Part shown: piece after piece, positions 10,202-22,151 of the stretch | Numbering within the stretch: the first letter of the stretch is position 1 | Layout: each line of letters opens with the position of its first letter | Origin: Geosiphon pyriformis uo1 | Taxonomy: Eukaryota > Fungi > Glomeromycota | DNA length: 64,000 nucleotides | NCBI GenBank assembly: GCA_016748015.1 | Contig: JAAOMT010000468.1 | Coordinates: 682,001 to 746,000 of the forward strand | Reading direction: 5' to 3' | Program-made: the position numbers and the translations under genes | Notes under the pieces: generated by a model | Database searches by the model: none | What the model was told of the DNA's origin: nothing | What the model saw: only the letters and a program-made list of their open reading frames with translations

Positions 10202-13200
10202 TGTTTGTTGTTTTGATGCTGTTAATTCAAATAGGTGTTGGTTTTGTTTTCTAATCTTGCCTCATTCTTGAGAGACAATCAACGTTGGTGTGGAGTTTTC
10301 CTAATTTGTGGTGTATGATGTATTGGTAATTAGCTAAAAATTCTGTCCATCAGGTTTGTTTTGCGTTCAGCTGGGTGTTTTTGTTTTGAAGCCATTTAAG
10401 TCCAATATTATCAATGATAATATTGAATTCTTTGGGTCTGAGGTAAAGATTGAAGTGATGTAGGGCCCAGATTACTGCTGTGGTTTCTAATTTTGTTGCG
10501 GGGTAGTTCTTTTCGGCTGGCTTTAATGTTTTACTAGCATAAGCAATTACTTGCTCATTTCCATTGTTATCTAACTGTGATAGGATGGCACCAAAGGCAG
10601 TATAAGAGGCGTCAGTTGCTAATCAGAATCGGTTGCTGAAATCTAGGTAGGCGAGGATTGGAGCTGTTGTGAGTTTTTTCTTAAGTATCTCAAAGGCATT
10701 TTGGTGTTCTTCTGTCCATTTGTATTCGACATTTTTAGTAATGAGCTGGTTGAGAGGTTTTGCAATTTCTGAGAATCCTTTAATGAATTTTCGGTAATAG
10801 GATGCTAATCCAATAAATCCTCTTAATTCTGTGGTATTTTGTGGAGTCTTGAAGTTCTTGACAGTACTGATTTTTCTGGGGTCTGGTTTAATTCCATCTT
10901 CACTAACAATGTAACCAAGAAAAGTTAAACTTGTTTTTTTGAAGTAGCATTTTTCAATGTTCAGTTTCAATCCTGTTTTCCATAATCATTGAAAAACTTC
11001 TCGCAGGTGAATTAAATGTAGCTCAAAAGATGGTAAATAAACATCAGTGTCATCAAGATAAACTACTACTGATTTCCAAAGGAGGCCTTTGTAAACAACA
11101 TTTATGAGTCTTTAGAATATTGCTGGTGCATTGCATAATCTGAAAGGCATTACATTGAACTCGTAATTTCCTTCTTGAGTGGTGAATGCTGTTTTGGGGT
11201 GGTCTTTGGGATCCATAGCAACTTGCCAGTATCCACTCTTTAAATCTAATGTTGAAAAGTATTTGGACTTTCCAAGGGCATCCAACATGTCATCAATTCG
11301 GAGAAGAGGGTAGGCATCCCCAATGGTGACACTGTTAAGTTGTCGGTAATCAACACAAAATCATATCTTTCCATTTTTCTTTTTAACTAGCACTACAGGT
11401 GAGGCCCATGGGCTTATTGATAATTGAATAAGCCTATTGTTAAGCATCTGTTGTATTTCTTCTCGGATAAATTGGTGACTTTCTGGGGCAACTTGGTAGG
11501 CTTGTTGTTGTCTTGGTTTGGCATCTCCTGTATAGATTTGGTGTTGAACCAAATCAGTTCTTCCTAAATCATTGTTGTTTTTGGCGAAGATGTCAGCAAA
11601 TTCTGCAATTAGCTCTTTGAGCTGGGTCTGTTGTTGTGGTTCAAGTTGTCCTATGTTGATTTGAGATAGTTTTTCCATAACAACATGGTAGTTTTTGGAG
11701 CTGGGGTTTGGATTGGTTTTTGGTATTGAATGTCTAATAATTTCAGAAAAATCAGGAACTATTTGGGGTAATTCTTGTTGAAATATATTACTGTAAATAA
11801 CTCCAATTTCTAAATTATTTAATAAAATTATGGGGTAATTATTGGGGTTGTAAAAAGTAACTTGGACTTTCTTTGTTTTTTCTGGAATATAAATGTTTGG
11901 AATCGAAATATTATGTTCCAAGCAGACTTGTTCATTGGACTCAAAAATTTGTTATGTGGTTGTTGACTTTGGGCAGATGTAGATTTCTGGATGTTCTCAA
12001 AAGGGTGAGATAGTAATCGGTTGTGGAAGTCTGAGAATCTGGTGGGATTCATTCTGTGTGTTAAAAGCTATATTAACTGGAACTGTGAATTGTCCAGTTG
12101 AACCAAAACCTTGGGTTCCTCTATTATTTTTTCCTAATTGTTCTCTTTGATTGACTAGTTGCAAACCCGAAATGTTGATTAAGGGTAGGTAAATAGCTTG
12201 GGCAATTTTTTCAGCATGTTCGATCTTGAATGATTTGTCAGTTTCATTTTGAGGCATTACTGTTATGTCTTCAGTATATCCAGCATCAATTATTCCTCCT
12301 CTGACATTGATTTCTTTGCTTGCCAAAGAGGACCAGGAGGCGATTTGAACCATTGCTTCTGGCAGGATTTCGAGTGCAATTTTGAGGTTGATTTTTGTAA
12401 GAGATTTGGGTTTGAGAACAAGAGTATTCTTGCCTGGATATCTTAGGTCATATCCAGCATCAATTTCGTGTGCTTTTTCAGGTTTTATTCCTTGTCCATT
12501 GTTGTTGAAGTATTTGAGTTGTAAGGCAGACTGATTTTTGATAAGGTAGATGGGTGTTGTTTCAATTTCTTCCATTTCTTCAGATTCTCCAAATTCAATT
12601 TCATTCTCATCATTTTTGCTGGGCAAGGAAATACTAAGAGCATAGCATTCAGAACACCATTGTTCATCGCAAGGCATAATGCATTCTTCATATAGCCTAA
12701 TGTTCATTTGCTCTAATCATTGAATTTGAGCTTCTTGGGTCAGGTAAATGTGACTTGCAATTTGGTGGTAGACTTCTACTTCATCTTCATAATCAAATCC
12801 AGCTAATTCTATAGTGTATTCAATGTATTCTGCTTTCTTCATTTGATAAACATCTTCTTTGGTAGCTCCATTAATTAATGCCATTGCTAAGTCGAAAATC
12901 ATCTCAGCATCATGAGGGTAGTGATAAAGTTTGTTGAGAGCACTGTTGTATGCTGCATTAAAGGGTGTTCCTCTTTTTACTTTTTTTGAAATTGATAAAG
13001 CATATTGGCAGGTCTGATTGCAGACGCCTCCTCTCATTGCTACATCAATCTAATTGCATTCTTCCAGTAGCATATCTCCACAAGTCAAACAAGAGGTGTT
13101 GTCCTATTTTCCACTCCTTTTTATTAGATGGCCCCATTGCTCTCTGTGGCAAGCCTTGCAGTAATAACAAGTATGATTTTCATATTCTTCTTCAGGTGAA

Positions 13201-14261
13201 ATGCAGGCTTCTATTGACGATAGTTTCTTGTGACAGTCCTTACATTTAAGAGGAATATAGGGGTGTTGTTTCCTTGGTTCGGGTTTTGAGTAAGGTATAT
13301 TCCATCCAGAGGTTTTGGGTTTAGTGTGTGGAGTAAAATGTTCTTGTTCTGTTTCATCGGCCCAGTTGGACATTGATCCAAAAGCCATGAATGTTTCGAT
13401 TATTGGTTTTTCTTCTTCTGGTTCAAATTCAAAAGCTGGGGCTTTTTCAGAGCGTTTGTTGAATGTACCACAAATGGCAGATATCTGGGCATGTTGTCCT
13501 TGGTAGGAGATTGTTAACTCTTGTGTTTTCCAATTCAGATTAGTATTGGCTTTTTGAAGCCAATCATTTCTGATGAGAGCTTGGTACTGGGGTGCATTCA
13601 TTACAAGAACTTTGACTGAAATCATAATTCCATCAAGAGTGAATGGAAAATTGTCAATTTCTTCTACTGGGGTCTTTTTCATGCCATCGGCAGTGACGAT
13701 TACTGTTTGAGCTGGTCGGTTGACATTTTTTTTCAACTGTTGCATTAACTGGTAGATAATAATGCTTCCGGCAGATCCACTGTCTAGGATCAAGCAAATT
13801 GGCTTTCCTTCTACTTCAGCTTCTGTGTACATTGCAGTGATGGCTTTTTGCTCATTAGCCGCTGCATTGCTAAGCAAGAATGGTGATTCATTTGCTTCAA
13901 ATTCAAAAGGAAAGATATCAAAGAGATTGGCATTTTTAGCAATTTGGGCTGGTGGAATAGTGGTGTGGTTATGAGAAGAGTTTTGTTGTTGTTGTGCTGC
14001 AGCTCTACCTTCTGAGAGTACAGTATGGTGAAAATCCTGTTCTTCCAGCATTGTTAAATAACTGGGTTGAGTGTGGTAATGGTTGGGTCTTGGTTGAGTG
14101 GTATTTCAGGGAACCAATTGGTTGTTCGAACTGATTCTACTGTTGTTTACTTGGTATCAATTTTGTGGTGTGAATTGATTTTGTGTAATCAGTCTTCGAG
14201 CAGGTACTTGATAATGTTGTGTGGGTGGTTGTTGGTATTGCTGTTGGATTGGTTGTGGAGC

Positions 14262-14687
14262 NNNNNNNNNNNNNNNNNNNNNNNNNNNNNNNNNNNNNNN
14301 NNNNNNNNNNNNNNNNNNNNNNNNNNNNNNNNNNNNNNNNNNNNNNNNNNNNNNNNNNNNNNNNNNNNNNNNNNNNNNNNNNNNNNNNNNNNNNNNNNNN
14401 NNNNNNNNNNNNNNNNNNNNNNNNNNNNNNNNNNNNNNNNNNNNNNNNNNNNNNNNNNNNNNNNNNNNNNNNNNNNNNNNNNNNNNNNNNNNNNNNNNNN
14501 NNNNNNNNNNNNNNNNNNNNNNNNNNNNNNNNNNNNNNNNNNNNNNNNNNNNNNNNNNNNNNNNNNNNNNNNNNNNNNNNNNNNNNNNNNNNNNNNNNNN
14601 NNNNNNNNNNNNNNNNNNNNNNNNNNNNNNNNNNNNNNNNNNNNNNNNNNNNNNNNNNNNNNNNNNNNNNNNNNNNNNNNNNNNNNN
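14262..14687. other. Assembly gap flanked by a 306-bp duplication (13956-14261 = 14688-14993)
   Basis: N run with apparently identical sequence on both sides; E1 has no such duplication. Confidence 0.9.
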
Positions 14688-15206
14688 AATAGTGGTGTGG
14701 TTATGAGAAGAGTTTTGTTGTTGTTGTGCTGCAGCTCTACCTTCTGAGAGTACAGTATGGTGAAAATCCTGTTCTTCCAGCATTGTTAAATAACTGGGTT
14801 GAGTGTGGTAATGGTTGGGTCTTGGTTGAGTGGTATTTCAGGGAACCAATTGGTTGTTCGAACTGATTCTACTGTTGTTTACTTGGTATCAATTTTGTGG
14901 TGTGAATTGATTTTGTGTAATCAGTCTTCGAGCAGGTACTTGATAATGTTGTGTGGGTGGTTGTTGGTATTGCTGTTGGATTGGTTGTGGAGCAGGCTGA
15001 TAATAGTTATTTTGGTATTGGGATCTTGGTGAATAGTAAGCTGGTGGTGATGGTTGATAATAAAATTGCTGTGGTGGAGAGTAACGTTGATTACTCCTAT
15101 TTTGTTGGTCTCATTGCAGCTTTCTGCAATCTCTTTTCCAGTGGCCAGAGATTTCACAGTAATGGCAATTCTGGGGCTGGTTATTGGAAAGTGGTGCAAA
15201 GTTATT

Positions 15207-15539
15207 NNNNNNNNNNNNNNNNNNNNNNNNNNNNNNNNNNNNNNNNNNNNNNNNNNNNNNNNNNNNNNNNNNNNNNNNNNNNNNNNNNNNNNNNNNNNNN
15301 NNNNNNNNNNNNNNNNNNNNNNNNNNNNNNNNNNNNNNNNNNNNNNNNNNNNNNNNNNNNNNNNNNNNNNNNNNNNNNNNNNNNNNNNNNNNNNNNNNNN
15401 NNNNNNNNNNNNNNNNNNNNNNNNNNNNNNNNNNNNNNNNNNNNNNNNNNNNNNNNNNNNNNNNNNNNNNNNNNNNNNNNNNNNNNNNNNNNNNNNNNNN
15501 NNNNNNNNNNNNNNNNNNNNNNNNNNNNNNNNNNNNNNN
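15207..15539. other. Assembly gap replacing ~1.17 kb of E2 gag
   Basis: 333 Ns; the flanks match E1 near 17850 and 19018. Confidence 0.9.
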
Positions 15540-15801
15540 TTAAGGTCTTTAGTTCCCAACTGTAAATAGTGTACTAAATTATTGTAAAGGTTGCTTCTAA
15601 CTTCTGAGATATTGTAATTTCCAAAAAAATAATTGTTGATGTGGTTTTTAATGTATTGGTATACTGATTTCTTGACAACTTCAATTCCATCTGGAATGTT
15701 GAATCTTTGCTTGCAATGGGTGTAAATTGATTGGTAATACTCTAGAGTTGTTGTGTCTGGTGTGGTCGCCACTTTGAAGTTGTTTTTGCTGTGTTGTTTC
15801 T

Positions 15802-15815
15802 GTGGGAGAGCACCA
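15802..15815 (-). other. E2 primer-binding site
   Basis: TGGTGCTCTCCCAC, 2 nt inside the 5' LTR end; complementary to a tRNA 3' ...GAGAGCACCA. Confidence 0.85.
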
Positions 15816-15817
15816 AA

Positions 15818-16798
15818 TGTTACCGGAGGTTTTTGGTCTCTTTTCTGTAATGTTGTTAATACTTATTTGCTGTGAATTCACGTTTTCTGGATGTGGTTGA
15901 ACCTCTAGTAACTGAATTTATCTTCAAATTATCTCCTATAATTTGAACTTGCTGGGCTTATAAGTGGAATGGCCAATTCCTTGCCAGTTGCTTTATGTAG
16001 TTATGTTGTAGTAAACGTCAACTCTTTCCCAGGAATTGCTCATCTGGAAGCTCACTAAAAATGTGTAGTTACTTTGCTGTGAAAGTTAACTCTTCTACAG
16101 GAATCTTATCTGTAGGCTACCCTGATAATTGTAATAAGAAAAGAAAATAAAAATAAAAGAAGTGTAAAAGAAATAGGATTTTATCAAGGGAAACGTTTTC
16201 TATCCAGGCCTGGAGTCACTAACAATTTACTGAAATTGGTAGCTAATCAATTTCGAAATGTTAGTTGGTTTTTGGGGATTTTCCAAGGACAATAATTAAA
16301 GAATTTGGTTTTTCAAATTATTTGGTATTTATTTCTTTTTGTGTGTGTAGAAATGATTCTAAGTGATAAATCTAAAGTAAGATATATTTTCTCAAAAAGA
16401 GAAGCTCTTCTTTTATACAACTTGTTGTAACACTATTCTATGAACTTGAACTTTGCTATTTTCTACAATTTTGCTGAACTAAAGATACATTTCGGCAAAC
16501 TACAAGTTATTTCTATGAACTATTAGATATTTTGGTGAACTATCCATTATTTCGGCGAATTTCTATAAATTTCGGTGAACTTTTGAATGTTACATAGTTC
16601 GGGGTATTGCATGATTAATCATCGCAATTAGGTTATATTTGTATTGTATACAATTTGGGTTATTAATTAAATGATAATTTCGGACATTCTTTGCTAATGT
16701 AATAAGTGATAATTTGAAATGATAATATATGCTAATTAATAATAGAAATTATGAGATAATTTCATGCTAAATGATATCTCTAATTTCGTCTGGTAACA
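15818..16798 (-). repeat. E2 5' LTR (981 bp)
   Basis: Direct repeat of 7033-8013; adjacent to the PBS. Confidence 0.96.
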
Positions 16799-16802
16799 CC
16801 GG

Positions 16803-19250
16803 TTTGAATTCAAAAGCTGGGGCTTTTTCAGAGTATTTGTTGAATGTACCACAAGTGGCAGGTATTTGGGTGTGTTGTTCTTGGTAAGAGATTGTTAACT
16901 CTTGTGTTTCCCAATTCAGATTAGCATTGGCTTTTTGAAGCCAATCATTTCTGACGAGAACTTGGTACTGGGGTGTGTCTATTACAAGAACTTTGACTAG
17001 AATGGTGATTCCATCAAGAGTGAATGGAAAATTGTCAATTTTTCCTACTGGGGTCTTTTTCATGCCATCGGCAGTGACGATTACTGTTTGAGCTGGTCGG
17101 TTGACATTTCTTTTCAACTGTTGCATTAACTGGTAGGTGATAATGCTTCTGGCAGATTCATTGTCTAGGATCAAGTGAATTGTCTTTCCTTCAACTTCTG
17201 CTTCAGTGTATATAGCTGTGATTGCTTTTTGTTTATTGGCAGCTGCATTGCTAAGCAGGAATGGTGACTCATTTGCTTCAAACTCAAAAGAGAATATATC
17301 TGAAAGGTTAGCGTTTTCAGCGATTCTGGCTGGTGAGATTGTAATGAGAGTATAGAAAGGGTTTTGTTGTTGTGCTGCAGCTCTACCTTCCAAGAGTGCA
17401 GTATGGTGAAAATCCTGTTCTTCTGGCATTGTTAAATAACTGGGTTGAGTGTGATAGTGGTTGGGTCTTAGTTGAGTGGAATTTTGGGGAACCAATTGGT
17501 TGTTCAAACTGATTCTATTGTTGTTTACTTGGTATCAGTTTTGTGGTGTGAATTGATTTTGTGTAATCAGTCTTTGAGCAGATACTTGATAATATTGTGT
17601 GGGTGGTTGTTGGTACTGCTGTTGGATTGGCTGTGGGGCAGGCTGATAATAGTTATTTTGGTATTGGGGTCTTGGTGGATAGTAAGCTGGTGGTGGTGGT
17701 TGATAATAAGATTGCTGTAGTGGAGGGTAATATTGATTACTCCTATTTTGTTGGTCTCATTGTAGCTTTCTGCAATCTTTTTTCCAGTGGCCAGAGATTC
17801 CACAGTAATGACAATTCTGAGGCTGGTTATTGGAAAGTGGTGCAAAGTTATTTTGATTTCATCTTTGGGGTGGTTAATATCTTTGGGATTGCTGTTGTTG
17901 TTGATTGGTGAAATAGTTTTCAACCTTCTTTGTGAGTTGGTCAATTTTTTCCTCAGCTGCTGAGCTGGTTTCTCCAATTGCCAAATTTACAAGTTTTGTG
18001 TGATTGGCCTCTTCTATGGCCATTTCGTATCTTTTTGCATGCTGTATGGCAGAGTTTAAATCTTTTGGCACATGTGGGTGAACTTTTTTAATTAGTTTAT
18101 CTTTTAGACCAGTGATAAATTGATCCATGATTTGAGCATCGGAATAATAATTGTTTGTTTTGAGTTGGCAAATTTGTTTGAGAAGTTTGTTGAATTTCTC
18201 AATATAAGTCATAACAGATTTGGAGGGTTCTTGTTTGATATTTCAAAAATGATTGCAAAAGATGATAGAGGTATTATTGTCGGTGAACTGTTCAAGGAAG
18301 ATTGCTTTGAAAGTGTTCTAATAATTGAATGGGGCAGCCAAGTTTTCAAACCATTCTCCTGCTGTTTCTTTGAGAAAGTAGAGAATTGTTCTTAACATTC
18401 TGGCAGCATTTCATCCATTTGCATCTTCAGCTTTAGTAACTTGGTTGAGCCATTCTTGGGGACTGGTCTCAATATCTTCTCCATTGAATTCAGGGATTTT
18501 TGCAATGTATGTTGTCATTTTGTCTTCTTTGTTTTCACTGTTTATTAATTCTTCTTCAGTTATTTCAGAGTCATTTTTTTTGTTTGCTGTTGTCTCAGAG
18601 TGTTTACTTTGATTTTCAGCTAGAAAATCAAGGAGATTGGAACTAGTTTGAAGAAGTTTTTGTTGTCTGGTGGGACTTCTGAGTAATGTAAAATCTTCTG
18701 GTCTTGCAAATTGATTCAAGAGTAAATTAGCTGTTTGTGCTTGTACAAGTGAAGCTGAAAAAGGTGTGATAGTAAGTAGAAATTTTGAACTGGTTCTTTG
18801 TTCAGGTGTTTGTAAATGTTTGGCAGTTGTTTTTGGTAGTATTGGAGTATTTGGAGTGGTTTTTGAGTATTGCTTCAATTTGTTTTTGTCTTTGTTGCTT
18901 GTTTCTGTTTCCGATTCAAAATCAATAGTGTATTGAGACTGCACTGGATATGTTTCTTCACAGTATTTGATAATATTAAAATTAAGTTCATGAAAGTAAG
19001 TGGCAAGTGTTTCACTGTTAAGGTCTTTAGTTCCCAACTGTGAATAGTATGCTAAATAATTATAAAGGTTGCTTCTAACTTCTGAGATATTGTAATTTCC
19101 AAAAAAATAATTGTTGATGTGGTTTTCAATATATTGGTATACTGATTTCTTGACAACTTCAATTCCATCTGGAATGTTGAATCTTTGCTTGCAATGGGTG
19201 TAAATTGATTGGTAATACTCTAGAGTTGTTGTGTCTGGTGTGGTCGCCAC
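16803..19250 (-). pseudogene. E1 polyprotein 5' part: N-terminal extension, capsid, CCHC knuckle, Q/P/Y/N-rich spacer, aspartic protease
   Basis: IAKIPEFNGED..SPQEWL capsid start; CHYC....HW...C knuckle; LILDNES (decayed LDSGS); track ORFs at 19337, 18212 and 17507 share one frame. Confidence 0.92.
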
Positions 19251-19279
19251 TTTGAAGTTGTTTTTGCTGTGTTGTTTCT

Positions 19280-19293
19280 GTGGGAGAGCACCA
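19280..19293 (-). other. E1 primer-binding site
   Basis: TGGTGCTCTCCCAC next to the 5' LTR. Confidence 0.85.
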
Positions 19294-19295
19294 AA

Positions 19296-20275
19296 TGTTA
19301 CTGGAGGTTTTTGGTCTCTTTTCTTAAATGTTGTCAATGCTTGTTTGCTGTGAATTCACGTTTTCTGGATGTGGTTGAACCTCCAGTAACTGAATTTATC
19401 TTCAAATTATCTCCTATAATTTGAACTGCTGGGTTTATAAGTGGAATGGCCAATTCTGTGCCAGTTGCTTTATGTAGTTATGTTGTAGTAAACGTCAACT
19501 CTTTTCCAGGAAATGCTTGTCTGAAAGCTTACTAAAAAATGTGTAGTTACTTTGCTGTGAAAGTCAACTCTTCTACAGGAATCTTGTCTGTAGGCTACTC
19601 TAATGATTGTAATAAGAAAAGAAAAAAAAAATAAAAGAAATATAAAAAAAATAGGATTTTATCAAGGGAAATATTTTCTATCCAGGCCTGGAGTCACTAA
19701 CAGTTTACTGAAATTGGTAGCTAATCAATTTTAAAACATTAGTTGGGTTTTGGGGATTTTCTAAGTACAATAATTAAAGAATTTGGTTTTTCGAATTATT
19801 TGATATTTATTTTTTTGTGTGTGTATAGGAATGGTTCTAAGTGATAAATCTAAAGTAAGATACATTTTCTCGAAGAGAGAAGCTCTTCTTTTATACAACT
19901 TGTCGTAACACTATTCTATGAACTTGAACTTTGCTATTTTCTACAATTTTGCTAAACTAAAAATACATTTCGGCAAACTACAAGTTATTTCTGCGAACTA
20001 TTAGATATTTCAATGAACTATCAATTATTTTGGCAAATTTCTACAAATTTTGGTAAACTTTTGAATGTTACATAGTTTGGGGTATTGCATGATTGATCAT
20101 CGCAATTAGGTTATATTTGTGTTGTGTACAATTTGGGTTATTAATTAAATGATAATTTCGGACATTTTTGCTAATGTAATAAGTGATAATTTGAAATGAT
20201 AATATATGCTAATTAATGATAGGAATTATAAGATAATTTCATGCTAAATAATATCTCTAATTTTTTTTGGTAACA
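19296..20275 (-). repeat. E1 5' LTR (980 bp)
   Basis: Direct repeat of 830-1809. Confidence 0.96.
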
Positions 20276-20279
20276 GCAA

Positions 20280-21122
20280 AAATACCAACATAGTCAAACT
20301 TGTGTGGTGTTGCTAAAATTATTGATTATATGTTTATTTCTTTGAACTTGATCAATGCAATTGTAGATCACAGTGTTGTTGATGTTGTGGAATATTTTGA
20401 TATTGATCACAAAGCCATTTCTGTTTCTGTAGGCTTGAGTGAACTTTTAAATACACATCTGAATTTTGTTCACAAACAAGTGAATAGAAATTGTTGGAAG
20501 TTTGATTTTAAGGACACTGATGAAGCAAACATCAAATCTGTAATTAATAAGAGGATGGAAAGCTTTGAGACAAATAAAGGTTATACTATTAGGAGTGTGT
20601 TAGAGTGCACTTTTTGCAAGGTTGTGCTGGATTATTTGGTGGTTGGTGATGAGATGATTCTTAAGCCCAATATGGTTAAGTCTAAGGTAAATGCAATAAT
20701 AGAGGGTTGGACTAAGAAGCATATGTTAGTTAAAGACATTTTTGATAATTGGTCTAACCAATATAAACTATTGGAATACATTTTTAATGAAGCCTTTTCT
20801 GGTGTGATGCATCCAATTAAGTTTGATGAACTGTTTGGTGTGATTTTTAATCTGCCTAATGGCAAAGTTGTTGGTCTCTTAGACATTCCAAATGAGCTTT
20901 GGAAACATTATGGCAGATCTATTATGAACATGCTTCTGTTGTTTATAAATTTTTGTCTTTTTCATGAGTTGGTACCCAGTTCTTAGAAGGAAGCTTGGGT
21001 TTCAATAATTCCCAAACCTTATAAGTGGAAGGGAGTTTTTATGAATACCCATCTTATTGCTTTGATCAAAACAACTTGTAAGATCCTATTAAAGATTTTC
21101 TCTGACAGGATTTTACTGGCAT
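20280..21122 (+). pseudogene. LINE A ORF2 part 2: endonuclease C-terminus, linker (~0.4-kb internal deletion near 20530), RT N-terminus
   Basis: IDYMF, IDHKA (SDH motif), LPNGK..GL..IPNELWKH, WVSIIPKP; lacks a segment present in LINEs B and C. Confidence 0.9.
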
Positions 21123-22105
21123 TGTTACCAGTAGAATTTTAGCTATTAATTAGCATGAAATTATCTTCATAATTCTTATTATTAAGTAGCATATTATTAT
21201 CATTTCGATTATTACTTATTAATTAGCCAAATTATCAAATATTATTATTTAATTAATAACTCAATTTGTACTATAGAAATTAAGATGATCAAATTACACA
21301 ATACCCTGAACCATTTAATATAGTCAAAATTCGCCAAAATTAATGAAAAAATTGCCGAAATAATCAATAATTCATAGAAATAACTTGTAGTTTGCCAAAA
21401 TATATTTTTAGTTTACCCAAATTGTAGAAAAGAGAAAAGTGCAAGTTCAAAGACTAGTACTACAACAAGTTGTATAAAAGAAGAGCTTTTCTCTTTAAAA
21501 AAATATATCCATCTCATATCTTCTCATAATATCTTAACATAGTATCTTACTTTAGATATCTTAATTAAAAACAAATTACCTTTTACATATTTAAATAAAA
21601 ATTAAATATTCGAAAACCAAATCCTTTGATTATTGCACTTGAAATTCCTTCAACACAACTAACATTTTTGAAATTGATTAGCTACCAATTTCAGTAATCT
21701 GTTAGTGACTCCAGGCCTGGATAGAAAACATTTCTCTTGATAAAATTCTATTTTTTTTATATTTTTTATATTTTTCTTTTATTTTCTTATCATAATTATT
21801 AGGGTAGTCTACAGACAAGATTTCTGTAGAAGAGTTGACTTTCACAGCAAAGTAACTACATATTTTTAGTGAGCTTTCAGACAAGCAATTCTTAGGAAAG
21901 AGTTGACATTTACTACAATGTAACTACATAAAATAACTGGCAAGGAATTGGTCATTCCATTTATAAGCCCAGCAATTTAAATTATAGGAGATAATTTGAA
22001 GATAAATTCAGTTACTGGAGATCTAACTACTTCCTGAGAATGTAAATTCACAGCAAATCAGCATTAACAACATTCAAGAAAAGAGACCAAAAACCTCCAG
22101 TAACA
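21123..22105 (+). repeat. E3 5' LTR (983 bp)
   Basis: TGTTACC...GTAACA; the 3' half is nearly identical to the E1/E2 LTRs, U3 is diverged. Confidence 0.96.
21473..21480 (+). promoter_or_regulatory. Candidate LTR TATA box (TATAAAAG); AATAAA follows at 21594-21599
   Basis: Consensus match conserved in family A LTRs (CTTTTATA on the + strand in E1/E2), just downstream of the U3 repeat array. Confidence 0.55.
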
Positions 22106-22107
22106 TT

Positions 22108-22121
22108 TGGTGCTCTCCCAC
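22108..22121 (+). other. E3 primer-binding site
   Basis: TGGTGCTCTCCCAC. Confidence 0.85.
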
Positions 22122-22151
22122 GGAAATAACACAGCAACAACAAAATTCAAA

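Larger units (their letters stand above)
10251..15772 (-). pseudogene. E2 Gag-PR-Cys domain-dUTPase-RT-RNaseH polyprotein; most of gag is lost in assembly gaps
   Basis: Protease LILDSGS; track ORFs starting at 14051, 13037, 12707, 11921 and 10970 share one frame; RNase H ATDAS; stop LSRMRQD* at 10251-10253. Confidence 0.93.
7033..16798 (-). mobile_element. E2: Ty3/gypsy-type LTR retrotransposon, family A, inserted into E1 just after the protease
   Basis: 981-bp LTRs at 7033-8013 and 15818-16798; TSD CCAG (7029-7032) / CCGG (16799-16802), one CpG transition; the E1 frame rejoins as AFEFKP|EEKKPLIETFM. Confidence 0.95.
830..20275 (-). mobile_element. E1: Ty3/gypsy-type LTR retrotransposon, family A, carrying nested E2
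   Basis: 980-bp LTRs TGTTAC...GTAACA at 830-1809 and 19296-20275; TSD GCAA at 826-829 and 20276-20279; PBS, PPT; order gag-PR-dUTPase-RT-RH-IN. Confidence 0.96.

Noticed and set aside
13956-14993. 306-bp duplication in E2 gag
   Set aside because: Identical copies flank an N gap and are absent from E1 and E3; assembly artefact.
17472-17911. Hydrophobic antisense ORFs (also 14067-15565, 23554-24011, 50483-51098 and similar)
   Set aside because: Shadows of CAA/CCA-rich sense codons; not conserved as ORFs between copies; several are inflated by N runs.
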